From: Acidobacteriota bacterium
GTDB taxonomy: Bacteria; Acidobacteriota; Thermoanaerobaculia; Multivoradales; UBA5704
DNA: 50,123 bases
NCBI GenBank assembly: GCA_040005235.1
Contig: JBDTZG010000042.1
Location: 1 to 50,123 of the forward strand
Direction of reading: 5' to 3'
A model generated the notes under the pieces. The model worked only from the letters and a program-made list of their open reading frames with translations, made no database searches and had not been told where the DNA came from. A program made the position numbers and the translations under genes. Shown here piece after piece: positions 17,857 through 25,628 of this stretch (positions are counted from its first letter, which is position 1; each line of letters opens with the position of its first letter).

Positions 17857-17933
17857 GCGGAGTATCCTCCGGTTTGGTTCGACCAAAGCGGAGCGTCCTC
17901 CCGTTTGGTTCGACCAAAGCGGAGTGAGCTCCC
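17857..17933. repeat. 31-bp direct repeat (2 copies plus partial), each with palindrome TTTGGT-tcg-ACCAAA
   Basis: Copies at 17857-17887 and 17888-17918; partial GCGGAG..CTCCC at 17919-17933. Confidence 0.85.
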
Positions 17934-17935
17934 GA

Positions 17936-19096
17936 ATGGTCAGCATCGAACGAGCCTTACGAATCGACCTGCCGCCCCATCAATCGGCGTTTCTCTGGGG
18001 TCCCCGGAAGACGGGCAAGAGCACGTACCTGCGCTCGGCGTTTCCTGACAGCGTGACGTTCGACCTGCTCCAAACGGACCTGCTGCTCGATCTCACCAAG
18101 CGTCCGGCTCTCCTTCGCGAGCGGCTGCTGGCGATGCAGCCCGAGAAACTCCGCTCGCCGGTGATCCTCGACGAAGTGCAGAAGGTGCCCCAGCTCCTGG
18201 ACGAGGTCCATGGGCTGATCGAGAACCAGGGTCTGAGCTTCATCCTGTGCGGATCGAGCGCCAGGAAGCTCAAGCGCGGTGGCGTCAACCTCCTTGGCGG
18301 CCGAGCCTGGCGTTACGAGATGCACCCGCTCACCTCGGCCGAGATCGGGGACCTCGATCTTTTGCAGGCGCTCAATCGGGGCCTCGTTCCGTCGCACTAC
18401 CTGTCTTCGGAATACCGGCGCTCGCTCGACGCCTACGTCGTGGACTACCTCAAGGAGGAAGTCTTCGACGAAGGTCTTACCCGCAACGTCGCCGCGTTCT
18501 CTCGTTTCTTCGAGGCGATGGGTTACTCCCACGGCGACCTCACGAGCTACGCCAACATCGCGCGGGATTGCGGTGTCGACGCGAAGACGGTCAAGGAGTA
18601 TTACCAGATCCTGGTCGATACGCTGGTCGGCACCTTCCTTGAACCGTATAAGAAACACCAAGAGCGGCAGGTGATCGGAAAAACTCCAAAGTTTTACCTT
18701 TTCGACGTGGGAGTGGCCGGCGCCTTGACCCGGCGGCGAATCGTTGAGGAACGGGGCGACCTGTTCGGCCGCGCGCTCGAACACTTCATCCTCATGGAGA
18801 TCCAGGCTCACCGGTCCTGCCGGGAGCTCGGCTACGGGATTCACTTCTGGCGCACCAAGAGCGGCCTGGAAATTGATTTCATTCTCGGCGACGGCGAGGT
18901 CGCGGTGGAGGTGAAGGGGACCTCGCGGGTCGACCCTTCGGATTTCCGCTCCCTCCGTACTTTCATCGAGGACCACCACCCGCGCCGCGCCATCCTGGTG
19001 TGTAACGAGCGCGTTCCTCGTCTCGTCGATAGCATCGAAGTCCTGCCTTGGCGGGAATTCCTGGCACGGCTTTGGGACGGGCAGATCCTCACATAG
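17936..19096 (+). CDS. AAA_14 ATPase with DUF4143 / PD-(D/E)xK-like C-terminus
   Basis: Walker A GPRKTGKST, Walker B ILDEVQK, CGSSAR, PKFYLFDVGV, FWRTKSGLEIDF...AVEVK; start is ATG 17936 or GTG 17924. Confidence 0.92.
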   Translation: MVSIERALRIDLPPHQSAFLWGPRKTGKSTYLRSAFPDSVTFDLLQTDLLLDLTKRPALLRERLLAMQPEKLRSPVILDEVQKVPQLLDEVHGLIENQGLSFILCGSSARKLKRGGVNLLGGRAWRYEMHPLTSAEIGDLDLLQALNRGLVPSHYLSSEYRRSLDAYVVDYLKEEVFDEGLTRNVAAFSRFFEAMGYSHGDLTSYANIARDCGVDAKTVKEYYQILVDTLVGTFLEPYKKHQERQVIGKTPKFYLFDVGVAGALTRRRIVEERGDLFGRALEHFILMEIQAHRSCRELGYGIHFWRTKSGLEIDFILGDGEVAVEVKGTSRVDPSDFRSLRTFIEDHHPRRAILVCNERVPRLVDSIEVLPWREFLARLWDGQILT

Positions 19097-19135
19097 CCCA
19101 GACCAGATTCAGAAAAAAAGCCAGACGTTTCGGAG

Positions 19136-19891
19136 CTAGGAGATTACCCCGTCGTCCTCTTCGCTGCGGCCGGTCCGGTGCAGGCGCACGGGGCCGGTGC
19201 GGTCGAGATCCAGGCGCTCGCGAACCTGCTTGAGCGCACCGACGGTCTCGACGTCCCGATGTCCCAGCTCCACTGCCCGCTGGAGATTCTCCTCGGCGGC
19301 GCGCAGCCAGTTCGGGTTCTGGGCGAGAGCGCGGCCGAGGGCGGCGAAATACTCCGGCTGCGGGTCGGTGCGCACCGCTTGGCGGAGCAACTCGACCGCG
19401 AAATGGTAATCCTTCGCTCCGGCCAAACTGCTCGCCCGCTCGTAGATCTGACGCGCGAGGCGCCGGATCTCTATCAGGCGCAGGGCTCCGGTGGGCTGGA
19501 CGGACCCGCCGATGTCCACCTCCCGATCGTAGCGACGGCGCCGGTCGGGATGGTTGAGGGTGAGATACGCGGCCGTCGCGCGCTCGAACAGCAGCTCCAG
19601 CACCCCTTCGCGTCCGGCAAGGCCGAGCGCCGGAGCGTGGGTCGGGTGGACCGCCCGAGCCAGCCGCTCGTAGCTGTCGTGGATCTCGTCCTCGCTCGCG
19701 GTGGGCGGCAGGTCGAGCAGCTCGTACCAGGTGGCCGAGCCGACCGTACCGATCAAACGCGCGATCTCGCCGCGATGCTCCCCGGTGTCGCCTTCGAACG
19801 GATGATCGGCGAGGCTCCGCGCGATCCGGCGCGAAAACTGCGCCAGCTCTTCGTCCGTCGGTGCCCCGCCGTTCCGTCTCGGTTCGGTCAT
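19136..19891 (-). CDS. J-domain-like + TPR protein
   Basis: TWYELLDLPPTASEDEIHDSYERLARAVHPT...AYLTLNHPDRRRRYD J-domain pattern followed by TPR-like helices. Confidence 0.8.
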   Translation of the reverse strand: MTEPRRNGGAPTDEELAQFSRRIARSLADHPFEGDTGEHRGEIARLIGTVGSATWYELLDLPPTASEDEIHDSYERLARAVHPTHAPALGLAGREGVLELLFERATAAYLTLNHPDRRRRYDREVDIGGSVQPTGALRLIEIRRLARQIYERASSLAGAKDYHFAVELLRQAVRTDPQPEYFAALGRALAQNPNWLRAAEENLQRAVELGHRDVETVGALKQVRERLDLDRTGPVRLHRTGRSEEDDGVIS

Positions 19892-19928
19892 GCCGGAAAC
19901 TCCCTGCAAGATCCCTGCAAACGCAATC

Positions 19929-20666
19929 TCACCAAGCCATCCGCTCGATCGCGTAGGGCAACATCTTGCGCCACCAGGGCCAATCGTGGTTCACGTCGTG
20001 CCCCCAGACGTCCAGCTCGTGCGGTATGCCCTTGGCGCGCAGGATCTCCGCAAGGTTTCGCGACGCATTCGGCGCCTCGTAGGCCCCCTGGCCGGTGAGG
20101 ACGTGGATCTTCGAGTCGTTCCGCAAAGTTTCGAGCGCCGGCCCTTCGAGTTTCGGCAGGTACCAGGCCGGATTGTTGAAATAGCAGCTCTCGTCGGAGT
20201 AGCCCTTGAAGTAGTCGGGTGCGAGATCGTAGAAACCGCTCATCGCGATCACCGAGTCGAACAGGTCGGGCCGGCGGAAGAAGCAGTTCGCGGCATGAAA
20301 CGCGCCGAAGCTCGCGCCGGAGGTGGCGATCCGACTCCCCGGCGACTGGCAGGCGTTTTGGATGTAGGGCACCACTTCGTCCTCGACGTAGCGGACGTAG
20401 AGCGCCTGGCGCCGGGCCTGCTCGGGCACCGGCAGCTTATCGTCCATCCAGGCCTGGCTGTTGATGCTGTTGATCGAGAAGACGCGCACCTTCCCCGCTT
20501 CGATCTGCGGTTCGACCGCCTTGATCAGCCAAAAACGCTCGTTTTCAAGGTAATCGGCGGCGGCGGTAGGAAACAAGAGGAGAGGATGCCCCCAGGACCC
20601 GTAGGAGACGATCGGCATGTCTTGGCCGAGACTCGGGCTGCGCCAACCGTCGAGGTGCTTTTCCAT
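19929..20666 (-). CDS. Putative esterase (alpha/beta hydrolase fold)
   Basis: WRSPSLGQDM, GHPLLLFPT, nucleophile GASFG, HDWPWW; start at ATG 20666 after GGAGG. Confidence 0.9.
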   Translation of the reverse strand: MEKHLDGWRSPSLGQDMPIVSYGSWGHPLLLFPTAAADYLENERFWLIKAVEPQIEAGKVRVFSINSINSQAWMDDKLPVPEQARRQALYVRYVEDEVVPYIQNACQSPGSRIATSGASFGAFHAANCFFRRPDLFDSVIAMSGFYDLAPDYFKGYSDESCYFNNPAWYLPKLEGPALETLRNDSKIHVLTGQGAYEAPNASRNLAEILRAKGIPHELDVWGHDVNHDWPWWRKMLPYAIERMAW

Positions 20667-20814
20667 TGTGCGACCGACCTCCTCCGAAAAGGCAGCCGCT
20701 TCTGCGGCGCCGGGTCTGGTGGGAACGGTGTCAGGATATCCGGCCGCGGACCGCCCTTCAAGCTCCATGCCTCTGCACACCTCGCAAATACCGAACAAGA
20801 AAGCCGAAATCCCG

Positions 20815-21645
20815 ATGCTCGTCTGCTCCGTTCCCGCCTGTCGCGCGCCGCTCAACATCGACCGAGAAGGCCGCCGCGCGGTCTGCCCGCGGGGGCATTC
20901 GTACGACCGGGCCAAAAGCGGCTACTGGAATCTGCTCCAGCCGCAGGACCGGCGTTCGAGCACCCCGGGCGATTCGAAAGAGGCGGCCCAGGCGCGCCGG
21001 CTTCTCGCCGATCGAGGGCTCGACGCGCCACTCTTTGCCGCGCTGGTGCCAATTCTCGGCACCTTGGACCCTACGAGTCCCCCCAAGGTGTTAGACGTCG
21101 GCTGCGGCGAGGGGGCCTGGCTCGCCTTCCTTCGATCGCAGCGCGAGGTCGATCCTTGGGGAACCGACCTGTCCACCCCGGCGATCGAGCTGGCCGCCCG
21201 GCGCCAGCCCCAGTCCACCTGGGTGATCGCGAACGCGGACCGCCGCCTGCCCTTTGCCGACGGCGCGTTCGACCTCATCACCTCGCTCACCGCCCGGAGG
21301 AACCCGGAGGAGTTTGCCCGGCTGCTCGCCCCCGGCGGCCGGCTGGTGATCGCGCTCCCGGGTCCAGAGGATCTGATCGAGATCCGGCAAGCCGCCCTCG
21401 GCCGCGGCGACCGCCGGGAGCGTTTGGAGGGAGCGCTCGCCGAGCTATCCCCGTTCTTTGAAGTGGAAGAAACGGCAAGGATCGATTGGAGCGCCACGCT
21501 CGACGAAGCAGGGATCGCGGCGCTGCTCGCTGCGACCTACCGGGGCGGACGGGCGGGCCGGGAGGAACGGGCGAGCGGCCTAGCGGGGATGGCCGTCACC
21601 TTCAGCCGGGATTTGGCGCGGCTCAACCTTCGACCCCGATCGTAG
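20815..21645 (+). CDS. RlmA-like (23S rRNA m1G) methyltransferase with N-terminal Zn finger
   Basis: LVCSVPAC...CPRGHSYDRAKSGYWNLL zinc finger; VLDVGCGEG SAM motif; LPFADGAFD. Confidence 0.88.
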   Translation: MLVCSVPACRAPLNIDREGRRAVCPRGHSYDRAKSGYWNLLQPQDRRSSTPGDSKEAAQARRLLADRGLDAPLFAALVPILGTLDPTSPPKVLDVGCGEGAWLAFLRSQREVDPWGTDLSTPAIELAARRQPQSTWVIANADRRLPFADGAFDLITSLTARRNPEEFARLLAPGGRLVIALPGPEDLIEIRQAALGRGDRRERLEGALAELSPFFEVEETARIDWSATLDEAGIAALLAATYRGGRAGREERASGLAGMAVTFSRDLARLNLRPRS

Positions 21646-21667
21646 GGGCACGGCCGTGCGCCCCTAC
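21642..21667. repeat. GTAG-REP-like palindrome between convergent genes
   Basis: GTAGGGGC-acggccgtgc-GCCCCTAC. Confidence 0.65.
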
Positions 21668-22683
21668 TCCCAGATGGCGACGTCGAAACGGCCGGCGGAA
21701 TTGGCGGCGCCGCGGAACATGCCGGCGGAGTTGAACACCAGGGCGATCCGGCCGTCCTTGCCAACGGCGATGATGCCGCCGTCGCCGGGGGCCAGCTCGG
21801 CGATCGTCTGCTTCGCCGCCTCTTCGAGCGACAAGCCGGCAAACTGCACGCGGGCCGAAATCGTCCGGGCCACCGTATGGCGGATGAACTGCTCCCCGAC
21901 CCCGGTCGCCGAGATCGCGCACGACCGATCGTCGGCGTAAGTTCCCGCGCCGATCACCGGCACGTCGCCGATCCGCCCGAACCGCTTGTTGGTAAGACCG
22001 CCGGTCGAGGTCGCTGCGGCCAGGTGCCCGTGGGTATCCAGCGCCACCGCCCCGACGGTCCCGAACTTCTTCGGCACGTTTCCCGCCGCCTCGTCCTTGA
22101 GCTCCGCCTGCCATTGATCGTAGCGCTCCTGAACGAAGAAATAATCCGACCCCGCGCGCTCGACCTTCATCTCGTCGGCGAACTTCTCCGCCCCCGGCCC
22201 GGCAAAGAAGACGTGTTTCGATTTCTCCATCACGAGGCGCGCGAGCGAGATCGGGTTCTTCACCGCCTTCAAACCCGCGACCGAGCCGCAGGCAAGGGTC
22301 GAACCGTCCATGATCGCCGCATCCATCTCGTGCTCGCCGTCGTGGGTAAAGACCGCCCCCTTGCCGGCGTTGAACTTCGGATCATTCTCCAGGTCCCGCA
22401 CCACCGCCTCGACCGTATCGACCGCCGAAACGCCCTTGGCGAGCATCCCCTTGCCCAGCTTCAAAGCCCGTTCAAGCGCCGCGAAATACTCCTTCTTCTT
22501 CTCCTCCGGCATCGACTTGTCGATCACCCCCGCCCCGCCATGGATCGCGAGCGACCAGGTGGGGACGTCGGCTTTCGTCAGCACCACCTCGGCGCCGGGC
22601 TTTTCGGCGGGCTGGCCGGCGACCGGCAAGAGCGAGAACAGGAAGGCGGCGCCGACGACACCGGCGCGGAAGAGCGTTCGCAT
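21664..22683 (-). CDS. iaaA: Isoaspartyl peptidase / L-asparaginase (Ntn hydrolase) with signal peptide
   Basis: LAIHGGAG, FNAGKGAV, EMDAAIMDG, autocleavage site G-TVGAVALD, ATSTGG, GRIGD, SATGVGE. Confidence 0.93.
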   Translation of the reverse strand: MRTLFRAGVVGAAFLFSLLPVAGQPAEKPGAEVVLTKADVPTWSLAIHGGAGVIDKSMPEEKKKEYFAALERALKLGKGMLAKGVSAVDTVEAVVRDLENDPKFNAGKGAVFTHDGEHEMDAAIMDGSTLACGSVAGLKAVKNPISLARLVMEKSKHVFFAGPGAEKFADEMKVERAGSDYFFVQERYDQWQAELKDEAAGNVPKKFGTVGAVALDTHGHLAAATSTGGLTNKRFGRIGDVPVIGAGTYADDRSCAISATGVGEQFIRHTVARTISARVQFAGLSLEEAAKQTIAELAPGDGGIIAVGKDGRIALVFNSAGMFRGAANSAGRFDVAIWE

Positions 22684-22735
22684 GGGATCTCCTTCAGAAA
22701 GCGAGACCGATGCTACCACCCGAGCGGGTAGCGGA

Positions 22736-24313
22736 TCAGGCGAGGCGCCGCAACAGCACGACCGTCTGGTCGTCGGCCTGGGGGTGGCCTCCTGCGAACG
22801 CAGTGACCGCGGCGTCGATCGCTTGGATCAGCTCCGGCAAAGGCATGTCCCGATGGGAGGTCAAAATCTCGCCCAGGCCGCTCATGCCGAATTCTTCGTC
22901 GTCGGGGGCGGTCGCTTCGGTGATGCCGTCGCTGTAGAGGCAGAGGAGGTCGCCAGGGCGCAGCTCGGTGCGCTGGGATTCGAAGCGGGCCGCGCGGATG
23001 AGTCCTAGGGGGACTCCGCCGGAGCCGAGCTCGTCGAGCTGACCGTTGCGACGCAGGACGATCGCGGGATTGTGACCGGCGTTCAGATAGTCGAGCTCGC
23101 CGGTCTCGGGGTGCAGCTGGGCGAAGAAGAGGGTAACGAATTTGTTCGCGGTCGAGGAATCAGCGAGATGGGTGTTCAGCCGTTCGAGGAACCCCGAGCC
23201 CACTCCTCCGTCGCGCTCGGCGAGTAGGCGGAGAGCGGAATGGAGGGTGGATACCAGCAGAGCGGCCGGCATGCCTTTGCCGGAGACGTCACCGAGCGCG
23301 AGGCCGAAGCGGCCGGCTCCGGCGTCCAAGAAGCCGTAGTAGTCGCCTCCGACCTGGGCGGCCGGGCGGTTCCAGCCGGCGACCTCGTAGCCGGGCAGGT
23401 CGGGCGAGCCCTTGGGAAGGATCTGGCGCTGGATCTCGGCCGCGAGGCTCATCTCGCGCTCCAGGCGTTCTTTTTCGAGCGCCTGAAGGTGGAGCCTCGC
23501 GTTTTCGAGCGCGATCGCGGCTTGGTTGGCGAACAGGCCGAGCGAACGGCGGTCCGCGGCGCGGAACGGGCCTACGCCGCGCCGGCTCTCCTTGTCGCCG
23601 ACGGCGATCAGGCCGCGCGGGCTCCCTTCGATTTCGATCCCGACACCGAGCAGGTGGCGCGCGCCGGGCAGCAGGGTTTCCGGCGCCTCGCCGCCGGCGA
23701 CAAAACGCGCCAGGCCGACATCGTGGGTTTCGAACGCGGCTTCCGCCTCGCCGCCGAACGTCCGTTGCAGGCGATAGCCTTCGGGGCCGAGCAGGTAGAG
23801 CGCGCCGCGCCGGGCGTCGAGCAGCATCACGGCGTGGAGCAGGATCTCTTCCGACAGCTGCTCAAGATCGAGGGTACCGGCAACTTTGAGCCCCACGTCG
23901 TAGAGCGCTTCGAGCTCGACGCCGCGATAGTTCGCCTGGAATCGTTGTTCTTTGAGTTGGCGTTGCAGGCGGAGGGCCTTGGCCGCCTCGGAAATCAGGA
24001 GGGTCGAGGCGTCGGCGAGCGGCACGTCGCCGGGGGCGTAGAGCAGCGCTCCGGCGGGCAGGCGCACGAGCGCCAAGCCCCGGGCAAACTCTGGGTTCGG
24101 CGCGGCCAGATCGTAGATGTCGGGAAATTCGCGCGCGCCGTGAGTGCACTCGCGCTCGAGCAGGTTGCCGCGATCGAGGTAGAGGGCGGCCGCCTCGGCC
24201 TGGTGCGCCTGGCACCAGTGGGCGAGCAGCCGGGCGATCAGCGGCTTGGCCGCCGTTTCGGTTTGGGACAGGACCAGCAGGTCTTCCCAATCCTCGCGGG
24301 AGAATGGAGTCAC
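22736..24313 (-). CDS. GAF + SpoIIE/PP2C phosphatase (RsbU-like)
   Basis: FANQAAIALENARL, VGGDYY, GDVSGKGMPAAL, NAGHNP, YSDGITEA and DDQT motifs. Confidence 0.93.
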   Translation of the reverse strand: MTPFSREDWEDLLVLSQTETAAKPLIARLLAHWCQAHQAEAAALYLDRGNLLERECTHGAREFPDIYDLAAPNPEFARGLALVRLPAGALLYAPGDVPLADASTLLISEAAKALRLQRQLKEQRFQANYRGVELEALYDVGLKVAGTLDLEQLSEEILLHAVMLLDARRGALYLLGPEGYRLQRTFGGEAEAAFETHDVGLARFVAGGEAPETLLPGARHLLGVGIEIEGSPRGLIAVGDKESRRGVGPFRAADRRSLGLFANQAAIALENARLHLQALEKERLEREMSLAAEIQRQILPKGSPDLPGYEVAGWNRPAAQVGGDYYGFLDAGAGRFGLALGDVSGKGMPAALLVSTLHSALRLLAERDGGVGSGFLERLNTHLADSSTANKFVTLFFAQLHPETGELDYLNAGHNPAIVLRRNGQLDELGSGGVPLGLIRAARFESQRTELRPGDLLCLYSDGITEATAPDDEEFGMSGLGEILTSHRDMPLPELIQAIDAAVTAFAGGHPQADDQTVVLLRRLA

Positions 24314-24342
24314 GGGATCAGAGGAACCGCTAGAGATGAGGG

Positions 24343-24699
24343 TCAGGCGGAGGGACGTAAGGCGGCGATCGCCTGCGCCTCGTCCGGAAAGATCTGGGCG
24401 TATTGCGAGAGGCCCATGATCTCGAAGGTCTTGGCGATCGTGGGCGTCAGGTTGCAGAACCCGAGCTTGCCGTCGATCTCGATCATCTTTTCGATGATCT
24501 CGATCAGGATCGAGATGCCGATCGAGTTGACGATCTTGGTGCCGTTCAGGTTGAGCAACAGGATCTTCCGCCCTTCATCGATCAGCTGATAGGCCACCCG
24601 GGCGATCTCCTCGCCGCCCTGGTTGTTGATGTAGCCCTCCGTGTAGACGATCGCGAACCCGTCTTGGCGATCGACGGTTACACGCAAACTTTCGGTCAT
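24343..24699 (-). CDS. STAS-domain anti-sigma-factor antagonist (RsbV-like)
   Basis: 118 aa; LLLNLNGTKIVNSIGISIL with phosphoacceptor Ser; TFEIMGL. Confidence 0.9.
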   Translation of the reverse strand: MTESLRVTVDRQDGFAIVYTEGYINNQGGEEIARVAYQLIDEGRKILLLNLNGTKIVNSIGISILIEIIEKMIEIDGKLGFCNLTPTIAKTFEIMGLSQYAQIFPDEAQAIAALRPSA

Positions 24700-25175
24700 C
24701 GACGTAGCTCTCCGACTTCTCGACTTTCGGCGCTTGCAGAGCGCCGTTTGCTCATCACCACCGTGGTGCCGACGCCCGCTTCGGACTCGATCGCCACGTC
24801 GTCCATCAGGCCGCGGATGATCGACAGCCCCCAGCCGCGCTTGTTCTTGGCCTTGAGGACGTCTTCGAATACCGGCTTGCTCTTCGACTCCGGCGAGAAC
24901 CCGACGCCGTTGTCGTGAATCGAGATCCGCAGCAGCTCCGGTTCGCCCTGCCCGAGCACCTCGAAGGTCATATGCACCTTCCGGTCGGGCGCGTGACTGT
25001 ACTCGAAGGCGTTGATGCAGGCCTCGATCACCGCCAGCCGAACTTCGTCGATTCTATCCGGAGTCATCTGCATGTACTCGGCCATGGCAGTCGCCGTCTT
25101 GCTCGCCGCGACTTCCATGTCGGGGAGCATCGGGAGCGTCAGTGTGACCTCCCTGAGCACCGCGTTGCCGGTCAT
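24696..25175 (-). CDS. Anti-sigma factor Ser kinase (HATPase_c_2, RsbW-like)
   Basis: LAVIEACINAFEYS, DNGVGF, RGWGLSIIRGLMDDV and GTTVVMSK motifs; overlaps the STAS gene. Confidence 0.92.
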   Translation of the reverse strand: MTGNAVLREVTLTLPMLPDMEVAASKTATAMAEYMQMTPDRIDEVRLAVIEACINAFEYSHAPDRKVHMTFEVLGQGEPELLRISIHDNGVGFSPESKSKPVFEDVLKAKNKRGWGLSIIRGLMDDVAIESEAGVGTTVVMSKRRSASAESREVGELRR

Positions 25176-25199
25176 GGTCGAATTTCCTGTTCCGCGGTC

Positions 25200-25355
25200 C
25201 TAGAAGGTCAAATAGAGCTCAAGAGCATAGATGACGATGGGATGCACCGCATCCTGGGCCAAGAGCACCAGGAAGCTCGCACAGGTCACCACCGACAGGA
25301 CCAGCGAGCTCGAAACACGGGGAAGAGCAACGGACTTGCGAACGGAGTCTAACAT
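25200..25355 (-). CDS. 51-aa small membrane protein (absent from ORF track)
   Basis: MLDSVRKSVALPRVSSSLVLSVVTCASFLVLLAQDAVHPIVIYALELYLTF; GAGGAG SD 9 nt upstream; lies between the sigma54 promoter and the RsbW-like gene. Confidence 0.7.
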   Translation of the reverse strand: MLDSVRKSVALPRVSSSLVLSVVTCASFLVLLAQDAVHPIVIYALELYLTF

Positions 25356-25390
25356 GTCGGGCTTCTCCTCATTCTCGCCGACGACTTACC

Positions 25391-25405
25391 GCAAGAGCGT
25401 TGCCA
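25391..25405 (-). promoter_or_regulatory. Sigma54 (-24/-12) promoter
   Basis: Minus strand TGGCAACGCTCTTGC: GG-N10-GC with the TGGCA and TTGC consensus; adjacent to a sigma54 activator gene. Confidence 0.8.
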
Positions 25406-25506
25406 CCCCTGGCGCCCGATCCCTTCGGGCGACCGCAAAGTGTTCTCTCCCCGTTGTTTACGCGAATCGAGAGGGGTTGCGCGCAGGACCTGCTCCACGT
25501 CGCTCA

Positions 25507-25623
25507 TGCGACAAATTGACGCACGTCAAAGCGGGGTACCCGTCGGAGTGCCCGGGAAATGAGCTTCCACCCTGCCGAAATCGGATATCGAGGCAATATG
25601 TCTCGCTGCGTCATTTTGCCACA
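25507..25623. promoter_or_regulatory. Candidate enhancer (UAS) sites for the sigma54 activator
   Basis: Imperfect palindromes TGCGACAAATTGACGCA (25507-25523) and TGCGTCATTTTGCCACA (25607-25623), 100 bp apart and upstream of the -24/-12 element. Confidence 0.55.
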
Positions 25624-25628
25624 GATCC

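Noticed and set aside
20667-20915. Extended N-termini of the esterase and RlmA-like ORFs
   Set aside because: They would overlap each other head to head; family motifs begin at 20666 (minus) and 20815 (plus)
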